Shown here in pieces: positions 40,656 through 49,677 of a DNA stretch of 64,000 nt (position 1 is the first letter of the stretch; each line of letters begins with the position of its first letter). A program made the position numbers and the translations under genes. Source of the stretch: a virus; the IMG/VR virus record IMGVR_UViG_3300045836_000088, positions 8,595 through 72,594 of that record; one strand, given 5' to 3'. A model generated the notes under the pieces. It saw nothing but the letters and a program-made list of their open reading frames with translations. It did no database searches and was not told the origin of the DNA.

Positions 40656-40820
40656 TTAAGCTGATAACTTTATGAATTGCTTGCCGGAAATTACAACTAC
40701 TTTCAATTGCTTTTCTTTGTCTGCTATCCAGTTGTAAACTGTTTGTCTTGTTACGCCTTGCTTTTTGGCATAGTCAGTAATGGAGTAGAGTTTTGTGATG
40801 TCTTGTTTAACCTGTTCCAT
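40656..40820 (-). CDS. Small HTH (Xis/MerR-like) protein, 54 aa (not in ORF track)
   Basis: MEQVKQDITKLYSITDYAKKQGVTRQTVYNWIADKEKQLKVVVISGKQFIKLSA. Confidence 0.7.
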   Translation of the reverse strand: MEQVKQDITKLYSITDYAKKQGVTRQTVYNWIADKEKQLKVVVISGKQFIKLSA

Positions 40821-41234
40821 AAAAATGTCTTCTGTATCTGTTTGTTAAATCAAAGTTAGTAACAAAATCAAGGGACACAATACTATATTCTCAAATCATG
40901 GCACGAAAGTTATCAACATTGAGCCAAAAGCCTATTTGTATATAATTATAAGCACTTTTGTATACTAAATAAAACAAAAAAATTCTAGAAACATGGATAT
41001 TATACAAGAGAAAGTAGACACAGATAGTGTATATACCGAACAGTTATTGCACGAAAAAAACCCCACGACAACCAAATCGTGGGGGCAAATACTTTATGGG
41101 AACCACCCCATGAAGTTAACCGCCAAAAACCCTTAAATACTATGTGAAGTAATCAGATGGGAATTGGTACAACAAATATATACTTTGTACAAATATTTTA
41201 ATACACAAGGTAAATTCTTTTGTTAAATTCGATT

Positions 41235-41507
41235 ATGGAACTAAAGGAACAAATAAGAAATACAATAAATGTTCTTACCAAGTTATTAGAGCGTCTTGAG
41301 AACGATGGAGTACCTCATAATCTCCAGAAACGAAAAACAAAAAAGCAGCAACAATATGATACTGAAAATGAATTTACTAATGTTTTAAATAGCAAAAGAA
41401 TAAAAAAAGTCGAAGACGAATGTGAACTTCTGAGGAGAAGAATTTTAAACCAAGAGGAGTATGAGTACTATTTAGAAAGAAAGAACAAACCACAGCAAGC
41501 TATCTAA
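41235..41507 (+). CDS. Hypothetical protein, paralog of 7282-7527
   Basis: C-terminus ILNQEEYEYYLERKNKPQQAI. Confidence 0.55.
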   Translation: MELKEQIRNTINVLTKLLERLENDGVPHNLQKRKTKKQQQYDTENEFTNVLNSKRIKKVEDECELLRRRILNQEEYEYYLERKNKPQQAI

Positions 41508-41551
41508 AACCGCCAAACCAACCAAATACTATTTACTTATAGAAAATATTA

Positions 41552-41580
41552 AAGCCTCCAGTAAAAAAGGAGGCTTTTTC
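41552..41580. terminator. Bidirectional terminator
   Basis: AAAGCCTCC...GGAGGCTTTTT between convergent genes. Confidence 0.65.
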
Positions 41581-41602
41581 AGTTAATGTATGTGAGTGAT
41601 TA

Positions 41603-42178
41603 TTATTCGCCAGCTAACGGATCATCGTCGTCATCTTCAAACTCATTGTTCTTTCCGTAATGCTCTCCTAAGTTATCTTTAGGAACAGGCTTTAAAGTAA
41701 ATCCCGCTTTTTTAACTTTATTGTCAATAATATCACCGAGTGGGTCTGCCATTTCACCAATATGATTATTGAACGCTATTTGCTCATCAGTTTCTTCATC
41801 TGTGCCGGTAAAGTCCATGCGTTTCTGATAATCGCTTGGATGAAAGGGCTCACGTTTTAATTGTTCACCATTCTGCTTATCAAGATACACGCGCTCGTTA
41901 GTAGTAAAGTCAAGGTAAAGTTCCGCTGTCTTGTCTATAAACGCATAGCCATTTGTAATGTAGCCTGAGTTTAATTTAATCTCAGCTTGCAGCTTATCGA
42001 TACGGTTTTTGTATTCAGAAGCGATAGCCTTTTTCTCAGCTTCGATTTCTGACTTATCGTTTACTGTTTGTGCAAGGATAGCTGACTTCTGTAAAAGTTC
42101 TTCTGGACTGAAAATGTGCTTTACGTTAACGGTTACAACGTCAGCTAATAGCTCTAATGTTTGTTCTTGAATTTCCAT
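41603..42178 (-). CDS. Hypothetical coiled-coil protein
   Basis: 191 aa with acidic tail; promoter motif at 42204-42233. Confidence 0.6.
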   Translation of the reverse strand: MEIQEQTLELLADVVTVNVKHIFSPEELLQKSAILAQTVNDKSEIEAEKKAIASEYKNRIDKLQAEIKLNSGYITNGYAFIDKTAELYLDFTTNERVYLDKQNGEQLKREPFHPSDYQKRMDFTGTDEETDEQIAFNNHIGEMADPLGDIIDNKVKKAGFTLKPVPKDNLGEHYGKNNEFEDDDDDPLAGE

Positions 42179-42239
42179 AATATTTTAGTTTTTGACGGTG
42201 ATGTAAATTTAAGCGTTAGTTGATGTACTTTTTACCGCT

Positions 42240-42608
42240 TTAAATGTGCTTCTCAAGAAATTCTATTTGCTTTACTAGGTCTCTGTAATAATAGTTATTG
42301 AACTTATCAATAAGTGATCCAGTTTCCCTAAAAACCTTTTCAATATTGAATATTAACCCATCTCCAGCATGAGTATCAACTGTTTTTTGCTGTACCTCAG
42401 TATTTGCAATTACACATTCCTGTGCGTTATCTGGATGCTCACTCCTGTTTAGCTTTAGGCCGATTTCTCGTAATCTATCTGTTGCTTTTACAATATCAAC
42501 TAAACATTGCTCTAGGCACCAGTTTTGACCATTTAGGCTATTTATTTGCCTTTCTAAAACTGTTGGTTCCCTTTGTTCAATTACCCCTTGTACTTTTTGT
42601 GTTTCCAT
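42240..42608 (-). CDS. Hypothetical protein
   Basis: 122-aa ORF in operon. Confidence 0.5.
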   Translation of the reverse strand: METQKVQGVIEQREPTVLERQINSLNGQNWCLEQCLVDIVKATDRLREIGLKLNRSEHPDNAQECVIANTEVQQKTVDTHAGDGLIFNIEKVFRETGSLIDKFNNYYYRDLVKQIEFLEKHI

Positions 42609-42613
42609 GTTTT

Positions 42614-43078
42614 TTAGTTATTAAATTTAATATTTGCTTGTTGGTCAGGTAAAGGCAGATTAAGGTTTAGAAAATCCAATGCCCATAACCTGATTTGTTC
42701 TGTGAACTCCATAAATTCTATTGTTGATAGTTCAGTAGTGCTTCTAACGCGTTTCAATACTTCGCCAGAGCTTGTATCAGCCATTATTTCACCGTTAGCG
42801 TCTCTTATATCCACTGAAAGGAACTTATGCTTTAAAACGTCTTTAATTACGTCTTTATCCATTCCTGTTTCGTCTGCTATCTCCTGAATATACCAGTGTA
42901 ATACTGCATTCTGTGGTAAAGACCTTTTCTTTTTCCTGCTGGCGATAGTAACTGTTACTCGATCACCGTCTTTAAAAGCATTTTTAAGCTCATTGTACAC
43001 CCATCTTTCATTAGGGAAGTGCAGTGAAGCATCTTTTCCAGTATGGATGATCTGAGCGTCTAATGTTCTGGTTGGCAT
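42614..43078 (-). CDS. NinB/Orf-like recombination protein
   Basis: RSLPQNAVLHWYIQEIA...RSTTELSTIEFMEFTEQIR. Confidence 0.7.
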   Translation of the reverse strand: MPTRTLDAQIIHTGKDASLHFPNERWVYNELKNAFKDGDRVTVTIASRKKKRSLPQNAVLHWYIQEIADETGMDKDVIKDVLKHKFLSVDIRDANGEIMADTSSGEVLKRVRSTTELSTIEFMEFTEQIRLWALDFLNLNLPLPDQQANIKFNN

Positions 43079-43079
43079 C

Positions 43080-43463
43080 TTAACGCAATGCTAAATAGGT
43101 TATTAAGACTATCACTGCTTGATGCATGAACTGATCCACACCAAATACATACCAGTGGAAGACATTTGCTGGACTTTGAAGTGAAGGGAACCAATAATTC
43201 AATTTTCCTTTTAGCACGTCTATACCACAATGTGTAAACAGCTCTATCTGGCATATTAAAACCCAATAAATAGGGTTTGAGCAAAAGAATATCAATACAA
43301 AAGCCATTAAGAAGTAATGAACACAAGCGTGTTCAAATATTGGCAGGAATGGTGTGCCTAACTTTTTTGCTTGTAACATATATGGCCTTGATAAATGCGT
43401 GTAGTCTGCTGCCCAATGAGCAATGTTTAATAATATTAGCAGCAATAGTGATTTTTCGTTCAT
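43080..43463 (-). CDS. DUF3307-like membrane protein
   Basis: AHWAADY...HACVH...THCGID..K...GVDQFMH. Confidence 0.7.
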   Translation of the reverse strand: MNEKSLLLLILLNIAHWAADYTHLSRPYMLQAKKLGTPFLPIFEHACVHYFLMAFVLIFFCSNPIYWVLICQIELFTHCGIDVLKGKLNYWFPSLQSPANVFHWYVFGVDQFMHQAVIVLITYLALR

Positions 43464-43702
43464 ATAATTTTATTAATTACTTCTTTAGCTTCTGTTCTTA
43501 GTCTGTTTATTAAATCAGGTGTATTTATACTTTTTGGAATGGTTCCCACATCTATAGATAATCCTAGCGTGTAATTAATTGGAATAACAGTTACACCATG
43601 TTCTTTTAGCTTCTCAATTATGTATTCATTTTCGAATGATAATTGCTGTGCTTGTTCAATAAATACTTGCATAAAAACGCTGTTTAAATAGGCGCTAGCC
43701 AA
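43460..43702 (-). CDS. Hypothetical protein
   Basis: 80-aa ORF packed in operon (TTG start). Confidence 0.4.
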   Translation of the reverse strand: MASAYLNSVFMQVFIEQAQQLSFENEYIIEKLKEHGVTVIPINYTLGLSIDVGTIPKSINTPDLINRLRTEAKEVINKII

Positions 43703-43897
43703 TTATTTCTGAAATATATTTTTTGGAGTTGGGTATTCTTCTAAATCAATACAATCACTTAACAGGTCTAAAAAATATTCCTCCCATTGTTCATAAACAT
43801 GCTTTACAGCATCTCTCTCAGTTTGATTGTTACATCTATTCATTAGAACATTACAAACCGTTCCTGCTGCGTGCTCTGCTCTTTCTGATATTGTCAT
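43703..43897 (-). CDS. Hypothetical protein
   Basis: 64-aa ORF in operon. Confidence 0.45.
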   Translation of the reverse strand: MTISERAEHAAGTVCNVLMNRCNNQTERDAVKHVYEQWEEYFLDLLSDCIDLEEYPTPKNIFQK

Positions 43898-43900
43898 AAA

Positions 43901-44398
43901 TTATTTAATTACGTTCTTAGGAAATATTGTTGGCCTATTGCCATTGAATAGGAAATGTGGATTAATCCAGTAGTAACCTTGCTTATACATTGGCGAGAGG
44001 TAATTAGCTCCTAATAGCTCATCTAATGCTGATTTATAGGTATTGTAAGAGCTTACCTTACTTTCTTCCATATACCTTACCCTGTTAAGCCAAAACCAGT
44101 CTTTATTTACATCTACCTCATATATCACCCATAGTAACAGATCCTTTGCTCTCGGACTTAACTTCACCATTTCAAGCCTTCTCTTACTATCAGAAAATAC
44201 CTTACAGAATGGCGCTCTCTCTAACTCCAGTTCCATAGGCAGCATAATTCCTTCTTTATCCCTTTTCCATGCACCATTAACGGGTATCTTATTGACATCT
44301 ATCTTCAGGTTAAACAGGAATGGGTTTGTCCCAATCTTCTTTAAGTCTATATCTGGCTTATTATACTTGTTCCCCATTGCGTTAACTAAAATCGTCAA
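43901..44398 (-). CDS. RepL-like winged-helix replication/maintenance protein
   Basis: LSPRAKDLLLWVI...SALDELL...YYWINPHFLFNGNR; the true start may be the internal ATG (MGNKY). Confidence 0.6.
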   Translation of the reverse strand: MTILVNAMGNKYNKPDIDLKKIGTNPFLFNLKIDVNKIPVNGAWKRDKEGIMLPMELELERAPFCKVFSDSKRRLEMVKLSPRAKDLLLWVIYEVDVNKDWFWLNRVRYMEESKVSSYNTYKSALDELLGANYLSPMYKQGYYWINPHFLFNGNRPTIFPKNVIK

Positions 44399-45186
44399 TA
44401 TATTGATGCTATTTCAGGTAGTTGATATGCGCATATTTCCAAATAATTGAAACAATTGCATCTCTTACTATCATCTCATTTTATTGATAGTTCTATTCAA
44501 AATATTGATACCTGATTTTCTGCATTTATGAGCTATTAAGCCACTTTTTAAGCCTCTTACGCGCTTACCATCGATTCGGTATCTATATATACTTTATCCA
44601 TACCCACTTAATGCTAGTTGTTTAATTTTTTTAGAAGGTCTATGACTAGGGACTATCCCCCATAACAAACCACCCTACCCATGCAGAACGAAACGCGAAT
44701 CCACAGACCGGGGTGGGCTGAAAAAAGATTTTGCTTTGAGCTATGAAAGATTAATCCGCCTGGCTGAGAAATGAGAACTAAAGCCGGTGTTGAAAGATTT
44801 TACTTTGAGTGATAGTCCTTGCAGGTTAAGTAAGATCGCTCCTTATATCTCCTTAAAACAAGTGTGCTAAAAGAATAGGTTGGTTATAGGAAGGGTTGAG
44901 AGAATGTTTGGTAGGTGGGATAATCCCCCTCGCACCCTTCGGGCGAAAGTAAAACTTTCAATCCTGACAGAGCTATAATAGTCTATTGATTAGTCATGGT
45001 TATCATAACATAAAGTTATTAAAGGATAGATTCATTAATGCTTAGAAGTTATAAATGTGTGATAGATAAGGTATTGTTTTGATTAGTATTTCCGCTACGC
45101 TTCAATATAGCCTCCGGCGGTATGGTATTTTGTTTTAATGTTGTTATTGTTTATGTTGGTGGGAAATTTTAAATTTTAGACGAGTT

Positions 45187-45576
45187 ATGAAAATTAAAAG
45201 CCTTGTACCTGTAATTGTTTTGTTGCCATTTATTGGATGTAAGAAAGATAGCGGTAATATATCTGCGCCCATCGATATTACTGTAAGTGGGTTGACTGCG
45301 AAGACATCAATATCTATTACCGCTGTTGATGAGACGGAGAGTAATAAGCAAGTATTACAGGTTACTAATCAGTATGGTAATACTACATACCACACAGCCA
45401 TTGTTAGCGCGGGTGATAAAATTAAAATTACTGTAACTGCAAATATGGATGATAATTTACAAGGTGACGGGGATGGCTCGTTTCAGTTTATGTTTAAAGG
45501 GCGTTCTGTTGGTGGTCATAGCGGACAAATAAACAGGGTTGGATTTACGCAAGATGTGACAGCAATTGCCAATTAA
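45187..45576 (+). CDS. Lipoprotein (moron/superinfection-exclusion candidate)
   Basis: Lipobox VLLPFIG-C followed by KKD. Confidence 0.75.
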   Translation: MKIKSLVPVIVLLPFIGCKKDSGNISAPIDITVSGLTAKTSISITAVDETESNKQVLQVTNQYGNTTYHTAIVSAGDKIKITVTANMDDNLQGDGDGSFQFMFKGRSVGGHSGQINRVGFTQDVTAIAN

Positions 45577-45581
45577 TCATA

Positions 45582-45965
45582 ATGAAAGGGGATTTAAATC
45601 TTACAATAGCAGGGGTTTTCTTAAAGCTTGTATTACCTGTATGTTTTATACTGAATAATAGTAATTACTATAACATATCATTATACCACTTTATATCTTT
45701 ATTAGGGACTTTTTGTTTTTGTATTTCATTTTGGAATGAGATCAAGAGAGAAAATAAATTTTTAATTATTTTATCAATAGTTGGTGTATTGGTTTATCAA
45801 CCCTTTTACTCTGTCTTAAAAACAGACACCCTTGCTGGAGATATTATAATAGATAAAATTATCCCTCTCTTTACTATAGCATGGTGTCTGTTGTCGATAA
45901 TAATAGATGCAGCAAGAATAATTAAAGATTACAAAAACCGCGGAAGCCGCACCCGCACCTTGTAA
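45582..45965 (+). CDS. Small multi-TM membrane protein (DUF6804-like)
   Basis: About four hydrophobic segments; LVYQPF...IID pattern. Confidence 0.6.
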   Translation: MKGDLNLTIAGVFLKLVLPVCFILNNSNYYNISLYHFISLLGTFCFCISFWNEIKRENKFLIILSIVGVLVYQPFYSVLKTDTLAGDIIIDKIIPLFTIAWCLLSIIIDAARIIKDYKNRGSRTRTL

Positions 45966-45987
45966 GCATTTTCGCTTGTTTTTCTAC

Positions 45988-46016
45988 AAAGCCACTATTC
46001 GGTAGTGGCTTTTTTT
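45988..46016 (+). terminator. Intrinsic terminator
   Basis: AAAGCCACTA-TTCGG-TAGTGGCTTTTTT. Confidence 0.75.
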
Positions 46017-46163
46017 ATTGCCTAAATTTTAGACAAGTCTATTTTATAGAAAATCACCTATTCTATTTAGTTATATACCCAGACTAAATAAGTCTATTCC
46101 TATTAGATAATCAGCATCCCATATTACTTATAGTTATACCTAACTACATCCCGCCAATCTCAT

Positions 46164-46229
46164 TTTACAAACGTATTGACAAATGTAAAAACATGTGTAT
46201 ATTTGTTGTGTTGTCTTTACAACTGTAAA
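46164..46229 (+). promoter_or_regulatory. Early promoter with repressor operators (copy of 7001-7043)
   Basis: 34-bp exact match (41/43 overall) to the immunity region, plus a perfect TTTACA-AC-TGTAAA at 46216-46229. Confidence 0.75.
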
Positions 46230-46532
46230 TAACAACACCGCTCATTGCTGGTATTGAGCCATAGACCAGAGGCGAGAGATTGAACGCCAAATTTCAATCC
46301 GGTTACTGTGTCCGATAAACACCTTAAAAAACGAGTGCAGTCTCGGAGGATAACTAAAAGCTGCCGTGAACCTTAAATAGAGTAGTAACGAAACAATCCG
46401 GTAAAGCCTGAAACAAAGCAACGGTAAAAATTAATAGCTAATGTGGCCTATTAATATAATAGACTGTTGCCAGCCAGTAAAGAAACACAGAGCAGCTATT
46501 TTAATTAACTGTCAATAAAACTATTAAACACT

Positions 46533-46748
46533 ATGAACTCACCCATATTAACAGTTAGCCAAATAGAAGAAAGAGCGATAACAACCGATATTAAGGCAGA
46601 TGAATTTAAAGAAAACCTTTGGTTTTACCTCTGCTATAATAAGAAAGCAGTTAAAAGCCTTGCCAAAGAATTAAACGTATACCCAACATTAGGTAATGTC
46701 AATCAAGGTCTTTTAGATTATTTCTTCGCTCATGTTGGCATGAATTGA
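46533..46748 (+). CDS. Early hypothetical protein
   Basis: First ORF after the long leader. Confidence 0.5.
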   Translation: MNSPILTVSQIEERAITTDIKADEFKENLWFYLCYNKKAVKSLAKELNVYPTLGNVNQGLLDYFFAHVGMN

Positions 46749-46791
46749 AATTAACTATTTATATTTATCACCCCAAAAAATAAAACACAAA

Positions 46792-47058
46792 ATGAAAACT
46801 ACAATTGCTATTACCGGCCAAATCAATGGAAACTTTGCGCTTAAAAACGCAATTGAAACCTATAATTCAGAAACTAAAAAGGGAATGTTTAATAGTTTCA
46901 ACATTACATTTCCTTCCAAAAAAGAAGCTAAAAAAGCACTTTGGGAAGCGTTTAAGTATTTAAGGAGTGATAAACAAGATGCTGAAGCCTCTATGCTATC
47001 ATATAGCAAATATGGCTCACTGAGCTACGACGCCTCAAAAGCCGTTATTTTAGATTAA
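46792..47058 (+). CDS. Early hypothetical protein
   Basis: 88 aa with an A-rich leader. Confidence 0.55.
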   Translation: MKTTIAITGQINGNFALKNAIETYNSETKKGMFNSFNITFPSKKEAKKALWEAFKYLRSDKQDAEASMLSYSKYGSLSYDASKAVILD

Positions 47059-47065
47059 TTGTTAT

Positions 47066-48028
47066 ATGGCAACAAGAACACGCTGGACAGACGATCATCG
47101 GCAATATGTTATTGATAACTATTTTAAACTTCCAGTGGCAGATATAGCTAAGCATTTAGGGAGAACTGAATATAGTATTAGAATATTTGCAAGTCATAAT
47201 AATTTAACTGCTGACAAGCGAGGTAGACCCAGCGGTAAACCTTGGACTGATGAAGAAATTGAAATAGTTAAAAACGTTCAGTTATCAATAAAAGAGGTAG
47301 CTAAAGAAATTAGCCGTACCTATTCCGCAGTTAAAGCTAAAAGGCTATCATTAGGCATAGTTACAGAAAAAAAAGATGTTGACTACTGGAAGCAGGGAGA
47401 AGTAGATATTTTAAAAAACAATCCTGAACTAACAAATAAAGAGATTGCCGAAATACTAAGACGCACTGAGCAATCAGTACAATTAAAAAGGGCAAGGTTA
47501 GGGCTAAAGGGGCCGTCCGAATTATGGAGTGCAGACGAAATAAAGTATCTTAAAAAATATTATTTCAAGCAATCAAAAAAAGAAATAGCCGATGCTTTAA
47601 ACAGATCAGCAACCGCCGTAATGTCAAAGGCTTATGAATTAGGCATTACTAAAAAAACAGATTATTGGAGCAAGGTAGAAATTCAGATATTAACTGAAAA
47701 TATACAGCTGCCAAATATCGAAATATCACGGCTAATAAATAAAACAGCAGATCAAATTGCTTACAAAAAAGCATATCTAAATAGCCGCAAAGGTAATAGG
47801 AATAGAAATGTAACTTTTGAAGAGCTCGAAGATAATGTTCCTCTTGAATACAAGTCAAAAAGCAATAGGTATGCTGATTTACTGGAAGCCATGAATGTAA
47901 ATCAATCATTTGAGTTCCCAACATCTGAAATTCAACATATTCAGGCTGCAAAAAATCTATTCCCTGACAAAATATTTAAGATAAAACCAATAGACGAAAC
48001 CACAAGCCGCTTATGGAGACTATATTAA
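47066..48028 (+). CDS. Protein with five tandem Myb/homeodomain-like HTH repeats
   Basis: W(T/S/K)xxE..IL...EIA..L.R(T/S)..V..K repeated five times. Confidence 0.75.
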   Translation: MATRTRWTDDHRQYVIDNYFKLPVADIAKHLGRTEYSIRIFASHNNLTADKRGRPSGKPWTDEEIEIVKNVQLSIKEVAKEISRTYSAVKAKRLSLGIVTEKKDVDYWKQGEVDILKNNPELTNKEIAEILRRTEQSVQLKRARLGLKGPSELWSADEIKYLKKYYFKQSKKEIADALNRSATAVMSKAYELGITKKTDYWSKVEIQILTENIQLPNIEISRLINKTADQIAYKKAYLNSRKGNRNRNVTFEELEDNVPLEYKSKSNRYADLLEAMNVNQSFEFPTSEIQHIQAAKNLFPDKIFKIKPIDETTSRLWRLY

Positions 48029-48137
48029 ATAAAAAGTAAATCACAACTCAATAACCAATGCAGCCCGATTGATTGAAATCTTTCGGGCTTTTTTATTTCT
48101 AACCGTCAATAACCAACCACTTAAACAAAACACAATA

Positions 48138-48674
48138 ATGAAAACCTTAACTATTATGGAAACCGCAAAAGTTTATGTAGGAACCTACGCAAAGTATACA
48201 AACGGCTCAATTGCCGGAGAATGGTTAGACCTTTCTGACTATTCAAGCAAAGAAGAATTTCTTGAAGCTTGCGCGGAATTGCACAGCGATGAAGAAGACC
48301 CTGAATTTATGTTTCAGGACTTTGAAAATATACCTGATGGTTTAATCTGTGAAAGCTGGATAAGTGAGGGCTTTTTTACCTATCAGGAAGTATTAAACGA
48401 AATAGATAACCCTGAAGCGTTTAAAGTGTTTATTAATCACATGGGTTATGATTTAGCAAAAGAAGACGCTGAAGACCTTAAAGATAGCTTTGAAGATGCT
48501 TATTGTGGCGAATACAATAGCGAATTGGATTATGCCTATGAAATAGCGGACGAAATGATGCCAAGTGACGCGCCTGACTTCTTAACCAGATACTTTGATT
48601 ACGAAGCGTTTTGCAGGGACTTGTTTATTAGTGACAATTGGTATGAAGGCGGTTTTGTCTTCCGTAATATTTAA
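48138..48674 (+). CDS. ardA: Antirestriction protein ArdA (DNA mimic)
   Basis: VYVGTYAKYTNGSIAGEWLDL...DPEFMFQDFENIP...YFDYEAFCRDL; highly acidic. Confidence 0.9.
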   Translation: MKTLTIMETAKVYVGTYAKYTNGSIAGEWLDLSDYSSKEEFLEACAELHSDEEDPEFMFQDFENIPDGLICESWISEGFFTYQEVLNEIDNPEAFKVFINHMGYDLAKEDAEDLKDSFEDAYCGEYNSELDYAYEIADEMMPSDAPDFLTRYFDYEAFCRDLFISDNWYEGGFVFRNI

Positions 48675-48875
48675 TCCACCTCTCCCCCTCTTTAAGCCCT
48701 TGCAAATAAATAAAGTAAGGGCTTTTATTATTTAAAACCTTAAACGTTATGATCGCCACCTTTTCAGACGGTACAACCCTAACCCTTATAGGGTATAGTT
48801 ATCTTAATGCTTTAGACTTAGTTAAGTCTGTAGCTAATACTTTTAATTTGCAATTCACATACAAGATAAAGTAGC

Positions 48876-49139
48876 ATGGAACAACTTGATAAAGGAACAT
48901 GGGTGAAGTATCAGTCAAGATACTATTGTATACAATCTAACGGAAAGTCATCAAAAGGTAACTTGGTTTACAATTGTATTGGTTTGGATGAGATTGTAAA
49001 AGGCGCAAACAACTATGCAATACCTCATAGAATAGCGGCAGAACAAGTTATTATTTTGTCCGATACCGAAAAAGCCAAAATCAAAGAATCTTTATTAAAT
49101 AAAATCTCATTTATAAACTCATTTATCGGATCATTATGA
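48876..49139 (+). CDS. Hypothetical protein
   Basis: ORF in early operon. Confidence 0.45.
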   Translation: MEQLDKGTWVKYQSRYYCIQSNGKSSKGNLVYNCIGLDEIVKGANNYAIPHRIAAEQVIILSDTEKAKIKESLLNKISFINSFIGSL

Positions 49140-49411
49140 AAACCAAAGCAACATCCAATTTAAATTTCGTTCAGGACATGGAAGTAGAATTAACGCTTTC
49201 AGAAAACAAAGCTAATCTAAAATTCAGCACTGGATTTGAGGCCGAATGTATCTTGTTTAATAGTGTTAATGGAATTGATATCTATACTTATCCTTCAAGG
49301 AATGGTGAAACACACTTCCTGCATGTTAGAAAAGTAGATAATGAGTTGTTCTGCCAAACAGTTCAGACCGGGACAAGTCCAGGCGGTAGCACTTTTAGAT
49401 TTACTCTTTAA
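49136..49411 (+). CDS. Hypothetical protein
   Basis: ATGA-coupled ORF. Confidence 0.45.
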   Translation: MKTKATSNLNFVQDMEVELTLSENKANLKFSTGFEAECILFNSVNGIDIYTYPSRNGETHFLHVRKVDNELFCQTVQTGTSPGGSTFRFTL

Positions 49412-49455
49412 TTACAATAACTGTAAATAGTCAGCAAACACAATAAAAATAAGCA

Positions 49456-49653
49456 ATGACAAAGCAAGAAGCTATCGAGGCTATGAGAGCCGGTAAAAAA
49501 GTAACTCATGAATGGTTTACACCCGATGAATGGATGACCATGCAAGGCGGCTTAATTCACTTAGAAGATGGTGTTAAATGTCCTCCTTCTGAATTTTGGA
49601 GATGGCGCACTGACAGTAGCTGGAATGATGGTTATTCACTATATAATAGTTAA
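49456..49653 (+). CDS. DUF2829/Tad2-like small protein
   Basis: MTKQEAIEAMRAGKKVTHEWF resembles the DUF2829 N-terminus. Confidence 0.45.
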   Translation: MTKQEAIEAMRAGKKVTHEWFTPDEWMTMQGGLIHLEDGVKCPPSEFWRWRTDSSWNDGYSLYNS

Positions 49654-49677
49654 ACACAATTAAAATAAATAGAAAAA

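Noticed and set aside
41140-41175. GGGAATTGGTA resembling a tRNA D-loop
   Set aside because: No matching stems or T-loop nearby.
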